A stretch of 62,717 nt of DNA, the filler included, from Basidiobolus ranarum (taxonomy: Eukaryota): NCBI GenBank assembly GCA_040143965.1. It is 37 parts of 37 records of this genome, joined end to end, with 100 filler letters (N's around TTAATTAATTAA, not from the genome) between each part and the next. Parts side by side here need not be neighbours in the genome. Positions count along the whole stretch, not along the records: positions 49,281 to 50,874 come from JASJQH010004763.1; positions 50,975 to 52,567 come from JASJQH010004764.1; positions 52,668 to 54,260 come from JASJQH010004765.1; positions 54,361 to 55,953 come from JASJQH010004766.1; positions 56,054 to 57,645 come from JASJQH010004767.1; positions 57,746 to 59,336 come from JASJQH010004768.1; positions 59,437 to 61,027 come from JASJQH010004769.1; positions 61,128 to 62,717 come from JASJQH010004770.1; 29 more parts are not named here. One strand, 5' to 3'. The notes under the pieces were generated by a model. It did not search any database. It was not told where the DNA came from and worked only from the letters and a program-made list of their open reading frames with translations. Positions 49,727-62,413 of the stretch are shown in pieces; within the stretch, counting starts at the first letter, position 1, and each line of letters starts with the position of its first letter. The position numbers and the translations under genes were made by a program.

Positions 49727-50874
49727 CCCTAACAGAAATTTGAGGGTTGTTATTGTAGAAATGCCATCACAATTTTAATCCATTTTGGATTGACTGTTAA
49801 CTTACCATCATGAAATCATCAAGTTAGATTTGATTTTAATCCATTTTTTCAGCTTCAGAAATCAAATGTCAAGATTTTGCAAAATAATTCCATATGATTG
49901 CCTACAATCTCCCAGAACTATGAATCAACATAGGTGCAAAAATGCAACTCATATTTTACACATTTACCACTTGAATGCTAATTTTTCACCTTCAAAATCT
50001 CTAGTTTCTTTGATAGTATCTCCTGAATATTTATAGGGTTCTGCATACCCAATGTTTGGATCATATCCAACACAAGTTTGTATCATTATCACCTTCAAAG
50101 CCCACCTTTGTATTAACATTGCTGAATCAGCATACCTAACAGAAATTTGAGCATTGTTATTGTAGGAAGACCGTGACAATTTTAATCCATTTTGGATTGA
50201 CCGTTTACTTACCATCATAAAATTGTCAAGTTAGATTTGATTTTAATAAATTTTTTTAGTTTCAGGAGTGAAATTTCAAGATCTTGCAAAATAGTTGTGC
50301 AGGATTGGCTATAATCTCAGAGAACTATGGATCAACAGATGTGCAAAAAACATAACTCAAATTTTACACAATTACCACTTGAATGCTAATTTATCACCTT
50401 CAAAATCTCAAGTTTCATTGATAGTATCTCCTGAATATTTTATAGGGTTCTTCATACCCAATGTTTGGATCATATCCAACACAAGTTTGTATCATTATCT
50501 GCTTCAAAGCCCATCTTTGTATTAACATTGCTGAAACAACATACCTAACAGAAATTTGAGCATTGTTATTGTAGGAAAACCGTGACAATTTTAATCCATT
50601 TGGGATTGACCATTTACTTACCATCATAAAATTGTCAAGTTAGATTCGATTTTAATCAATTTTTTTAGTTTCAGGAGTGAAATTTCAAGATCTTACAAAA
50701 TAGTTGTGCAGGCTTGGCTATAATCTCAGAGAACTATGGATCAACACATGTGCAAAAAACGTAACTCAAATTTTACACAATTACCACTTGAATGCTAATT
50801 TATCACCTTTGAAATCCCTAGTCTCTTTGATATATTCTCCTGAATATTTTGATAGAGTTCTTCATACCCAAGGT
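49727..50874 (+). repeat. Head-to-tail tandem array (~409-bp unit) of the CACTA family A left terminus
   Basis: Units start at 49727, 50134 and 50543, with the same junction ..CATA|CCTAACAGAAATTTGAGC. Confidence 0.9.
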
Positions 50875-50974
50875 NNNNNNNNNNNNNNNNNNNNNNNNNN
50901 NNNNNNNNNNNNNNNNNNTTAATTAATTAANNNNNNNNNNNNNNNNNNNNNNNNNNNNNNNNNNNNNNNNNNNN

Positions 50975-51378
50975 CCCATATTGAGTTCTATTTCTCCACT
51001 AACTACATCTTTGGAGCTCTTCTTCTCCAATGTGTACCATATGGTTCTTCTTTGAGATGGATCGAAAGAAATCGGAACACCGTCAATAAACAGCTCACGA
51101 AAAGAGAGGTTGAGTTGGCCCATAAAATCCCGACCAAAAAAGTCATTGTCCCAACAAACCACTTGGATAAACTTGGGTGGATTTCTCATGTTAATCTTGA
51201 ACTCGAACGTGGTATCCCAAGTTGGATTGAGACTTTTAGGCACAACCTTGGTTGTCTTCTTTTTGTTTTGAAGCTTCACCACGACAAAAGGGTCAGAAAG
51301 GCCATTACTATCTTTTGGTGCTAAATTTCTAGCTCTGATCACTTGAATTTTGAGTGCTGAAATAGAGTGTACAGACAT
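50975..51378 (-). CDS. N-terminal C2-domain protein, likely phosphatidylserine decarboxylase 2 (3'-truncated)
   Basis: ARNLAPKDSNGLSDPFVVV..KSLNPTWD..VCWDNDFFGRDFMG..WYTL..VSGEI. The C2 domain is clear; the PSD2 assignment is tentative. Confidence 0.8.
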
Positions 51379-52375
51379 TTGAACAAGGTTGTGGAAGATG
51401 GTGCCGCTTATGAACAGGTAATAGACTGGGAGGTTTTATACAAAACAACTCCCGTGGTTGTTAGCCAGTGGACCAATAATCTACTGCCCATACAATAATC
51501 CCAGCGTTTTTCCTTGTGTTCCCTAGTCTTGGGTTTAGAACACGAGCAGAGAAGATCAAAATACCAAATATCGCATGTGCCAAGATCTATATATGTACCT
51601 CGTGCATTATCTATTCTATTACTCCATAATCCCAGAGTCAATAATGAGGAAGCCAACGTTCTCCTGATTGATTGATAGGATTGCAGGCAATGTCATATCA
51701 TACCCCAAGGGGTGTTATGTGATCAATGTAGCCTTTAGTAAAACCATTCCAATTCTTGAGAGATCGCATTGTTCAGAACTTTTGTCCATACAAAACATCT
51801 TGTTGAGTAACGGTTATAAGAAATGCGTAACACAAAATGAAAATAAATCTTACTTTCGCCAAATCATAACACTGATGGATAAATGGATCGTTTTTTCTTA
51901 GACTGCACCACTTGATTCGGCTTCCCAGTGGTGAAAATCGATTGTTTATTACATTGCAAATGCCATTTTTGTTATGAATGCTGACAACTGGCTGGCTAGC
52001 CATGAATGACTGTCCACCACGGTTAAATTGGATCCAATTTTTACTCGACTTTTCTCATCGCTATCATGACATGTTTGTACCTCCCTGATGAATGTGAATG
52101 TTGTACATATACCGCTATTCGAGATAGCAAAATCTCATCTTATCACCCCAAATTCAAGCACTCAACCCAGGTTATTACTAGTTACTGAGTTCGTACCACA
52201 GCTAAATGATATCAGAATATTTAGGGTATCGTCATGGTTTATTGAATAGTAACATATACATATATGAAAATAGATTAATGAATGCCGAAGGAAGCTAAAA
52301 CGGTCCGAGTACCCCCACAACCCATCTAGAGCTATGGTGCTTCAATCAAACTAAGAATGCGATGTGTTGTTTGGC

Positions 52376-52567
52376 TTATTTCTTCTGATCTTTAACCTTA
52401 ATACTGGACTCCTTGGGGAATAGACTCTTCGATACATGCTTCGGAGTAAAGCTGGGTATTTCAAGTTTCGCTATCATCGGCTGGCTGGAATACTGATCAT
52501 CAGCTAGCCAGCCATCGAGTGATGGTGGTGGAACTCTAATGATAGCTAAGGATTCTTCCTTAATAAT
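52376..52567 (-). CDS. Possible terminal exon of an unidentified host gene
   Basis: 64-codon frame open from the contig edge to TAA in CpG-normal DNA; no family recognised. Confidence 0.3.
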   Translation of the reverse strand: MIKEESLAIIRVPPPSLDGWLADDQYSSQPMIAKLEIPSFTPKHVSKSLFPKESSIKVKDQKK

Positions 52568-52679
52568 NNNNNNNNNNNNNNNNNNNNNNNNNNNNNNNNN
52601 NNNNNNNNNNNTTAATTAATTAANNNNNNNNNNNNNNNNNNNNNNNNNNNNNNNNNNNNNNNNNNNNCGCAGTATGTAC

Positions 52680-53079
52680 ATAATCCCCCGTATAATCTAT
52701 AATCCTTGATGACCACCCATTGAAGCCAAACATTTCATTAGCCAAATTAATCGATTTCCAGCCTTCCAGATAAGCAACCCTAGCTAATAAATCATTGAAT
52801 AAATGCGTTTAGTTCCGGTGGTTGCGAGAATACCTCCAATATCAAAAGAACTAGTTCCCATGGAGGAAGAATGGTTTTTGCGAACTTACTTCCTCCAAAA
52901 GCTGCTCTGGTGCTGACATACTCTGGTCCTAGTTGCATAGAAAGGATTCGTCTTGTTGATTTGAATTCTTCAGAAGTAAAAGGAATCCGGCCAAAGCCTG
53001 TCTGCATTTGTGAGTTATAAGAGGCAACATTATACTGTTCATGTGTATTGCCACCATTGGTAGTGTATCTTCTATTCAT
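52680..53079 (-). CDS. RAD52: RAD52 family DNA repair protein, N-terminal exons
   Basis: [18 protein letters not shown] intron, then [25 protein letters not shown]. Confidence 0.9.
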
Positions 53080-54621
53080 TCTTTACTTGAGTACTGGCAG
53101 AAGCAAGAACAGTACTGGAATGTGAATGGTGGTGATGAAAGCTGTTGGCGAAGAAAATAAGCTAAGGTAAAAGTACAATAATAGGCGTTAGTAGGAAAAT
53201 CACTGACGGAGGAAAACCCTCGAACCGATAAGCTTAATTCTCTAAAGTGGCGGTATAACGGTCTCGAGTTGGATTTTCTTATAATACCAAATAAGTGGGC
53301 AGTGTCACAGGTTGATCATTTCAAGACATCAAATAAATCTTCAAGTGGTAGCTTCGAATATCTCTCATCAATGATCTCTTGATTGTGCATTCTATTTAGC
53401 CAACATATTGTCACCAGAGTTGAGCACATGCTAATATCCAATTCATTACTATTCTGTGAGGCTTGTCCCAAGGATGTCTGGCGCAATTGAATCATCTCAT
53501 GAGCATATACGTAGATAGTGATTCAATTGCACGGTAGCAAGAAATGGAAGCATGTTTCACACGAATCAGTAATTCTATGCAACATGTCTCAACCAGGGTA
53601 TGATGTCATGAATCTTGCAGCATGGCATGATCGAGATAAAGGGAAATAGAGCACATATTAACGTGGAAGAGATGAGGTTTATTCGAGAGCCTTCCAAGAA
53701 TGAGTTAGGTGTCAAGCTAGCAAAGTTATAGGGCTACATACGGTTAGTTGCATTACCTAAGAGAATTTCGAACATAAACATTAGCCAAGATGAATTTAAC
53801 GTGAACGATAGTTTCCAACTTGATGGACGGGAAGCTCCAGTAACGGATGTTTATCGCTGGCATCATCTGCCTAATGAATTTTTCATATTGTAAGTAAAAA
53901 GATCCGATCTGATAACGTAACAATTGGTATCAGAGTAACAAGAGCTCCGCGTGGTGCACGAAAGGACAAAACACTCTATAGCTGAGAACATGATGAAGAA
54001 TGGTATATATTGAATGTGGCTTCAGAATACTAAAATACGCTTCCTTTATAGCATTATATAGAGATTCGTGATATAAATATAAAGCGTGCTAACAAACACA
54101 TAAATTGAAGTACTAAGCCACTAAAATGGGACTTCGGGAATACAATGATCAGAAGGGGATGTGACGGCTCTAGACAGAACTCAAGTACTGATAGAAACAT
54201 ATCAAAGTGAACGGACCTTGGAGTTTTCGGAATACTTCCATAATTGAAAGCATATGACACNNNNNNNNNNNNNNNNNNNNNNNNNNNNNNNNNNNNNNNN
54301 NNNNTTAATTAATTAANNNNNNNNNNNNNNNNNNNNNNNNNNNNNNNNNNNNNNNNNNNNATGTAAGGATGATGTAATGATGCTCAGGTGACCTCTCATG
54401 GAAGGTCTTGACAGAAATACACTATATGTGAGATGACATGATTGGTTAGGTTTCATGGAATGTTCCAAAGAACATGCCTTCCTTATATGGTAACCTGGAT
54501 GAACTAACACAAGATTGTCAAGAAAAGATGATACAGATGATATGATGTCATAGTCTAATATTAGGGCAATTCTATTTGCAGTGGATGAGTTTGCTAAGAA
54601 CAGAATAATAACAGTCAGAGA

Positions 54622-55470
54622 TACTGGCAAAAAAGCTTAATTTCACCATGGAACCAGGTACAACAGTAGGAAGAGTACCAAATGTGGAAGTTTATTAAAT
54701 ACCTGACACCTCTCAACAAGCAGAACACCAGCAAATAAGACACCTGGCTCTTCAACTTCTACTGACACTTTTCAAAGCATTGAAATTAGCCCCAAAGTTA
54801 AAGGCAAGCAAAATCCACACAAACACTAGAAAGCACCCTCTGTAGTATCACACTACAAGGCTGTATAAAAATAGTAAAAGTGCTTGAGGAATATTTTCAA
54901 AAGTATGAAGGGAAAAACACAGTGTAAGTATGCCAAAAGTAGCTTCAGAAGAAGAACATTCAACTTGACATTCACTCTGGTGTTGATTGTGCAGATATCT
55001 GGGAAGAAGTTGATACAGAGTGTCACAATATTGCAGGGTATCTGCCAGATAGCTGCAAAAATGTTGATTCAGCAAAGTTAATATAATGGTGGCCTTTGAT
55101 GTAGATATTGATACAAACTCATGTTGGATATGAGCTAAACCTTTGGTATGAAGAACTCTATAAAAATGTTTAGAAGAATATATCAAAAAAACTAGGGAAT
55201 TCAAAGATGGCAAAATAGCATTCAAGTTGTAAAAGTGTGAAATTGGAGTTACATTTTTTGTACCTGTGTTGATCCATAGTTCTCTGTGATTGTAGTCAGT
55301 CATGTGCAACTATTTTGCAAGATCTTGAAATTTCACTGCTGAAACTGAAAAAAATGATTAAAATTAAATCTAACTTGACAATTTTATGATAGTAAGTAAA
55401 TGGTCAATCCAAAATGGATTAAAATTTTGATGTTTTTCCTACAATAACAATGCTAAAATTTCTGTTTGGG
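54622..55470 (-). mobile_element. CACTA family A left arm ending in left terminus
   Basis: Ends TTTCTGTTTGGG; inserted in Copia RT. Confidence 0.83.
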
Positions 55471-55953
55471 TGACTGATATTGTTTAATTGACATACTCTC
55501 TTGGAATCCAAATTATGATAGATAGAACTACCAAAACAATAACTTTTAACCAGTCTAAGTTTATCCTGACTATACTAAAGAAGTTTAAATTGGAAGAATG
55601 TAATCCAATATCTACCCCTATGAAGACAAATCTTAACTTGACCTAAAATGGCTCAAATCAGATGTTTTTGAATTCTAATGAAAGCCAAAAATTTCTTTAT
55701 CAATATAGATAGTTTTATGTATATCATGGTTGGAACATGGTCCGATATTGCATATTTTGTGGGAGTTATGTTCCAATATCTTCAAGATTAAGGATCTGAT
55801 TAAATCATAGCAGTAAGATGGATTATCAAATATTTGATAGGTACTGTGGATTGGTGCTTAAAATACACATATTCTGGATCAAAATTTGATCTGATAGGAT
55901 GTTCAGATGCAATTTGAGGAAGAGATATTGAAGATTATGATATCTACAAAAAG
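55471..55953 (+). mobile_element. Copia RT C-terminal fragment
   Basis: LGIQI..NQSKFI..ILKKF.LEECNPISTPM..GT.SDIAY.VG..KYL.GT..LIGCSDA. Confidence 0.85.
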
Positions 55954-56053
55954 NNNNNNNNNNNNNNNNNNNNNNNNNNNNNNNNNNNNNNNNNNNNTTA
56001 ATTAATTAANNNNNNNNNNNNNNNNNNNNNNNNNNNNNNNNNNNNNNNNNNNN

Positions 56054-57259
56054 ATTAATATGAATTACTACAGCAGTAAACCCAGTAATTTGCCATTTGA
56101 AAATTATATTTTTGCAAAAATTGCTGGATATTGACTAACGCATGCCAAATTTGAGGATTAATATTTTAACATGTATGAATACCGCCAAGATACCGTCAAG
56201 AAACCACCATCACACCATCAAAATCCCTGGCTGAATGCATGCCTACAATATTGTGATGGTTCTCTGATGGTTTTGCTATTTTGGAGGGTGGATCTGATCC
56301 GGATCAAATCGATTTTATTTTTGTTAGGGATCTGATTAACAATGTACAAGCAAAATCTGTGATGGATGTAATAAGATGGGTTAAGGAGATTCCAGAGTTT
56401 ATTAACCTTCTAACAAGGGGCTCTTTTCAATGTGCTCATGGGTTTTTGCATTGTTTGTACCCAACAACAGCAACAAAGCCCAATCTATGGACACCAAGCA
56501 AGTACCTCTATAATTTGGACTAATTTGTTTGTATCACTATCAGGTGGTATTTCTAGGAAAGCTGCAAGACAGATTTCTTGGTGAGACAGATAGAGATAAG
56601 CAGTAGTGTTGATTAAGCCATGGGGTAATCTATTGAAGTAATTACACATTTATTTGTTATAGGACATTTGTTGACTGCAAGTCAGGGATATATTGGCTGA
56701 ATTCTTTACAAAAATTTGCCAAAATCTAAGAGCTTATTCTTATTGTGAATGGTAACAAGAGTCAGCTATTTGCCAAGTGTCAGTGCTACTCAAAATTTCA
56801 GTTGTTTAGCAACTTTTCCACCATTAGTTTGCTGGTGAAGCTATTGATGTTGTTGAGTTATGCCTAATTAGTCAAGTATGTGCATATGTAGAGACTAAGC
56901 ACCATAAGATTCTTGTATTTTTTGATTCTCATTATGGCTGGAATATAAAGCCCAAAATACTTAAATAAATACATGCATATTAATTCAAATTCCTACAGCA
57001 GTAATCCCAGTATTTTGCCATTTGACAATAAGATTTTGTAAAAATTGCCAGAAATTAAATAACACATGCCAAATATGAGGATCAATGTTTTAACATGTAT
57101 GAATACTGTCAAAATACCATCAAGAAGCCACCTTCACACCATCACACCATCAAAATCCCTGGCAGAATGCAAGCCACCAATATTGTGATGGTTCTCTGAT
57201 TTTGCTATTCATCAGGGTGGATGCAATCCAGATCAAGTTGATTTTATTTTTGTTAAAGG
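56054..57259 (+). mobile_element. Two nested CACTA family A right ends (termini at 56329 and ~57259)
   Basis: TTTTTGTTAGGG at 56329 joined to transposase INNV.AKSVMDV; second decayed terminus TTTTTGTTAAAGG. Confidence 0.85.
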
Positions 57260-57645
57260 CCTGTGATCTCAACAGGGGAGAGTCTGCCCTGATCACCCAA
57301 CTCCAATATGGACTCCCAGAAAATATTAAGGATCTTTTACTCACTATTGTTGACCCAGAGACCTTGACTGATGCTATCCATCAGGCAGTTAAATGTGACA
57401 ACCAGTTGTTTGAGAAATACCAACATAGAAATATGGCTCCTTTCTTCTCTCCTTCCTCATCTGCTTTGAGACCTCCTTTCCATCATACACAAAATACAGC
57501 TCAAGCAGATGACCTAATGCAAGTTGAAGGAACTTGATTTAGAAATCTTAGCCTTGAGGAGAAATATTGATGCCAACAAAACAATAAACATCTCTGTTGT
57601 GGAGCTCCTGGACATGCAGCAAGAACCTGTCCAAAAAAGAATCCT
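57260..57645 (+). mobile_element. Gypsy (chromovirus-like) gag fragment
   Basis: ESALI.Q..YGL.ENIKDLL..L..AI..AVKCDN.L.E..MQVE..CG.PGH.A.TCP knuckle. Confidence 0.82.
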
Positions 57646-57745
57646 NNNNNNNNNNNNNNNNNNNNNNNNNNNNNNNNNNNNNNNNNNNNTTAATTAATTA
57701 ANNNNNNNNNNNNNNNNNNNNNNNNNNNNNNNNNNNNNNNNNNNN

Positions 57746-59336
57746 ATGCTTCCCATACCCACCATTTCATGACACCATACCATTTGTCGTTTGTCAGTAG
57801 TCTTTAGCACTTCGTAAACTCAACCTTAAACATTTTCCATACCCATTGTTTCCTGGAACCATACCCTTTCTCACTTGTCAGTAGTCTTCAGCGCTTTGTA
57901 GATTATCCCTTTAGTGTTTCCCATCACCATATTCTTCGTCATTTATCAGTAGACCTTAGCACTTATTAAATTCTCCTTTAATTGTTTCCTATACCAGCTG
58001 TTTCTTGACACTATACCCTTTGTCATTTGTCAGTTGTATTTAGCACTTGATAAAATGTGCTTTAAGTGCTTTCCATACCGGTCATTTCTTGGCACCATAC
58101 CTTTCATCGCTTGTCAGTAGTATTTAGCGCTGCCTTGACTTTGCTGTAAATGTTTCCCATACCGCTTGTTTGTTATCACCATATATTTCGTCTTTTTTCA
58201 GTAGTTTTTAGCACTTCGTATACTCTGCATTAAGTGTTTTTCATTCCTATCGTCATTTATCAGTAGTTTTTAGCACTGCGTAGACTATCCTTCTAGTGTT
58301 TCCCATACCCGTTGTTTCTTGGCATCATACCCTTTGTCATTAATCAGTAGTCTTTAGTGTTTTCCAGACTCTCTATTAAGTGTTTTTCATACCCCTCGTT
58401 TCCTGGTACCATACCCTTTGTCACTTATCAGTATTCTTTCGTGCTTTTAGACTCTGCTTTAAATGTTTTCCATACCCGTCTTTTTACGGCACCATATCAT
58501 TTGTCATATATCAGTTGTCTCTAGCACTTTTTAAACTCAACTTTAAGCGTTTCCCATACCAGTTGTTTCTAGACTCTGTTTGAAGTTTTTCCCATACCCG
58601 TCGTTTCTTGGCACCATACCCTTCAATTGTTGCCAGTAGTCTCTTGCACTGCATAGGCTCTCATTCAGGTGTTTCCCATATCTATCATTTCTTGATACAG
58701 TACCCTTTGTCAATTTTCAGTAGTCTTTCGCACTTCGTAAACACTCTTTTAAGTGTTACCCATACTGCTTTTTATATTTTCCAGTAGCCTCTAGCACTAC
58801 GTAAACTCTTATTTAAGTGTTTGCCACACCCGTTATTCCAGGCACCATGCTCATTATCACCTGTCATTAGTCTTTAGCAATTCTTACACTACTTCGTAGA
58901 CTCATTCTCCTTTAAGTGCCCTCCCAAACCCAACATTTATCATCACCATACCCTTTGTCTTTTGTCAGCAGGATTTAGATCTTAGTGGACTTCGCTATTA
59001 GTGTATCCCGTACCCGACATTTGCTATCACCATACCCTTCTTTATTTGTCAATAGTATTTAGCGCTTTATAGATTTTTCTTAAAGTGAGACTCATACCCG
59101 TCGTTTGTTATCACCATACCCTTTATCATTTGTCAGCAGTCCTTAAGACTCGTAAATTCTTTTACAAGTGTTTCCCATACCTGCCGTTGGTTATCACCAT
59201 ACCCTTTGTCACTTGTGAGCCGTCTTTGAAATGTTTACTATATCCGTCGTTTCTTGGCACCATACCTTTCGACATTTGAAGTAGTCTTTAGCACTTTGTA
59301 GACTCTCCTTTGTGTCTTTTACATACCCGTCGTTTG
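57746..59336. repeat. Diverged tandem repeat array, 84-bp unit, about 20 units
   Basis: Unit starts at 57831, 57915, 57983, 58067, 58151, 58235, 58297, 58381, 58464, 58548...; consensus approx. TGTTTCCCATACCCGTCGTTTCTTGGCACCATACCCTTTGTCATTTGTCAGTAGTCTTTAGCACTTCGTAGACTCTCCTTTAAG. Confidence 0.93.
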
Positions 59337-59436
59337 NNNNNNNNNNNNNNNNNNNNNNNNNNNNNNNNNNNNNNNNNNNNTTAATTAATTAANNNNNNNN
59401 NNNNNNNNNNNNNNNNNNNNNNNNNNNNNNNNNNNN

Positions 59437-59996
59437 CTTACATGATTGAATGAATAATTTGCTGATCTAAAAATGATGAATCAAGCTATCCTGATCACTA
59501 CTATCATACTGCAGATCAATACATCATCAAGTGCTGTGATTTGTCACTGGTGTGCCAAAACTACTGGTGTTTTGTAATGCAGGAGCTGTTGTGCCCAATT
59601 GAAAATCAGGATACTGCATTAGTGAGGGACAAATGATTGGCCTAAAAATATGGGAATGTCTCAGTTATACACTTGATTGGGTAAGTTACAGTATAAATTG
59701 TTTATTGTTACACATTCAGTAATTTGTGAGTTTTGAACTAGGGGATGAACTTACTTTGTCAGTTACCCAATATCATAATTCAGCAATACTAAATTGGGTA
59801 ACTTGATATGGGCTGGCCTGATATCTCCAATAAAATCATCATGTCTGATTGTGGTGAGATAGTGCCATATTGTTCCTTATAGTGTCTGATTGAGTGTTAT
59901 AGGACTGAACCATGGTGACTTACAGATCACACCAGATGGTGTACTAGCGGGCCGGATTGAGTGGCACAATCTGACCTGGTCCAATGGAATAAGTCT
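59437..59996 (+). mobile_element. Repeat family D arm and terminus, inserted in CACTA upstream region
   Basis: Matches 34880-35437; ends CAATGGAATAAGTCT. Confidence 0.65.
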
Positions 59997-61027
59997 AATA
60001 TCCTTCTCATGCCAAAATACAATCATTTAAAGAAGCCCTGCTATTATTGTCACAAATTCTTGAGCTATGAAAGCCAGAGGCTTCATAGAAAAAACAATCA
60101 CAAGCATGGCCACTGTACAAAGCCACCAGCTGCACAAAGCCTGGTGTATAACAACAGTAATAAGTGCACTAAATTGACTTTAGTTTTGCTCATTGTGTCC
60201 ACTTACTGTAGTTTGCCTCAAAGTTTTGGTAACACTGCCAAAAGTCAAGATACCATGGAGTTACCACAATATATGACCAGAATGATGTAGGTCAAAATGC
60301 AACTTTGGTCAAACCAGTGAGTCCAGACAACTTTGAGGACTTGCCGCTATATGTTGACCTTGGTTATTCCAGTACTAATGGTAATATGTCAGAAGTTGAA
60401 GAAGAAGACGACAGTTTTGTTAAAGACTCTTTGTTATCAACAAGCATTAGTCCACTCATAACACTTACAGTAAAGGAACCAGCTTTGATTATTGAGGAGT
60501 GGAGAGTTCAATCCAATCTTAGCAACAAGGTGTTTATTGGTTTTCTCACACTTTTACCACAGTTGATTGGCAACTGTTGCTTGCCACAGACCTGGTACAA
60601 GTGGAAAACACTTGTCAGTTATATGACCTATAATCCTTTAGTAATTAACTACTGTCATGTCCAAATGGTTGTTTGGCTTTCACTGGTGATCTGAAAAACC
60701 TGAAGTTATTTACTGTTTGCACATAATTGGCAATCACTGAATCAGGTAAATATTGTTCATATTTGGCTTACATACTATTGATTCCCTGTCTTAAAGTTTT
60801 GATGAAATCACCCAAATATAGATCATTAATCCAATACCAAAGTACTCACTGTAAAGCTGATGGTATTACCAATATACTTCATGGATATCACTACCAGAAT
60901 CTGAAATTTCAAGGTTTCTTTGAGAACACATATTATCATGCATTTGCATTGGCTCTGGATGGTTTCTCACTAAACAAATATACAGTTGGAAAGGCTTGCT
61001 GGCCAATAATTTTAATCAACTTAAATC
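59997..61027 (+). mobile_element. CACTA family A transposase N-terminal half
   Basis: MPKYNHLKKPCYYCHKF..WRVQSNLSN..LPQTWYKWK..ALDGF..CWPIILINLN. Confidence 0.9.
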
Positions 61028-61127
61028 NNNNNNNNNNNNNNNNNNNNNNNNNNNNNNNNNNNNNNNNNNNNTTAATTAATTAANNNNNNNNNNNNNNNNN
61101 NNNNNNNNNNNNNNNNNNNNNNNNNNN

Positions 61128-61622
61128 CAATAAAGAAGGGTTGGAAGGTTCCTTTTCATCTCCAGAGACTACATCCCAAAGTTCCCTGTCTTCCAGCATG
61201 ATTTGCATCTTGAACTTCCAGAAATTGTAATTTTCTCCATAAAGCTTTGTGACACTTGAGTCAATGAAAGTGGTAGTAGTGGTTTCTGTCATGCTGTAAA
61301 GGTTAGAACATGGGGCTAATAACATATTGGGAAAATATGGACTCTTTGTAGAAACTTTAGAAAAGTGGAGATGTGAATAGCTTTGTGAGATAATTATTTC
61401 AGTCCAAAAATGAAGCATTTATACATTTTGGTAGAAATACAAAAAACTAACATTGGGGTTGTGTTCAGAGTATCTGTGGGAGTAAAATGAGCTATCTTTG
61501 GGGCAATTTGGAAGAGTTAGAAGTTTCCAATATGCAATTGCTAATTCTCACATTATTCACATATATATATCATATATGTTCCGATTTGCAGTTAAGTGAT
61601 GTTTAGCTATGTAATCTTAACA
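61128..61622 (-). mobile_element. Copia 5' end: LTR-B short variant (61325-61622), PBS (61311-61324), gag start
   Basis: PBS TGTTATTAGCCCCA resembles GGTTATGGGCCCA; KLYGENYNFWKFKMQIMLEDRELWDVVSG. Confidence 0.88.
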
Positions 61623-62413
61623 AAACAGAGTGATGTTAAATGTCATTGTGCTTACTTCTAGCATGAAATTTGTGATTTTTTGCTAAAGCAATAAAACTTT
61701 GGTTATGCTTGAAAATTATGGTGTGCAAACTTTGAAAAATGACCAAATCTTTTGCACAGTTTCCTTAACCACATAGCCTCCCTTGTTGTATGTGATACTG
61801 CCATATATTGTGCTTCAGTTGTTGAAAGTACTACAGTGGGTTGTTTCTAGCTATTCCAAGACACTTAACTCCTGCATAATGCTCAGATCTTGGGTTTTGC
61901 ACATGTTGGCTAACTACTCCCACTGCAACAGAGATATCTGGCTGGGTTCCAGTCATAGCATAGATTAAATTACCTTCCATAGATTAATAAGGGAACTCAG
62001 AGCTTCCAAATGACATATTTAGAGCTATGTTTGGTTGATTTTCATCATTTTGATGTGCTTTTGACTAGTTTCACACCTGGATCCATGGGAGTTGCTATTG
62101 CCTTACAATTCTCCATCCTGTGATGTATGTGAATGTCTGAGATGTATTTATATTGATTCAGAGTAATAGACTTTCTCAATATATCTGTATGGATCTGCAG
62201 GCCCAAAAATTACATAAGTTTATCAAAATTGGTCAACTTGAATTAGACTGATAGATCTCTGTTGGTGCTCCTGAGAGCTTCATCATTATTGGTAGCTATA
62301 ATCAGATGATCTATATATAAGACAAGTATCACCTTACTCTCCTTATCTGTCTTCAAGTAGATCCCAAAATCCACCGTACTCTTTTGGAAATCAAGTGATT
62401 CCAAGTATGTGTA
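61623..62413 (-). mobile_element. Copia RT fragment
   Basis: DFGIY..VLYIDHLII..FLGLQI..TQPDIS.AV..L..VLE. Confidence 0.8.

Noticed and set aside
53925-53935. TGGTATCAGAG, a tRNA-Met PBS-like motif
   Set aside because: No recognisable LTR or gag around it; may be chance
57746-59336. Plus-frame resemblance of the 84-bp repeat to plant-type LRRs (FLGTIP..LRRLSF), or to a CRISPR array
   Set aside because: Lacks the conserved Asn and 24-aa period and has TAG in most units; there are no unique spacers and no cas genes
1605-61127. Regularly spaced TTAATTAATTAA palindromes that look like an array
   Set aside because: Assembly linker flanked by Ns; not CRISPR or biological. ORFs ending in X..LIN are artefacts
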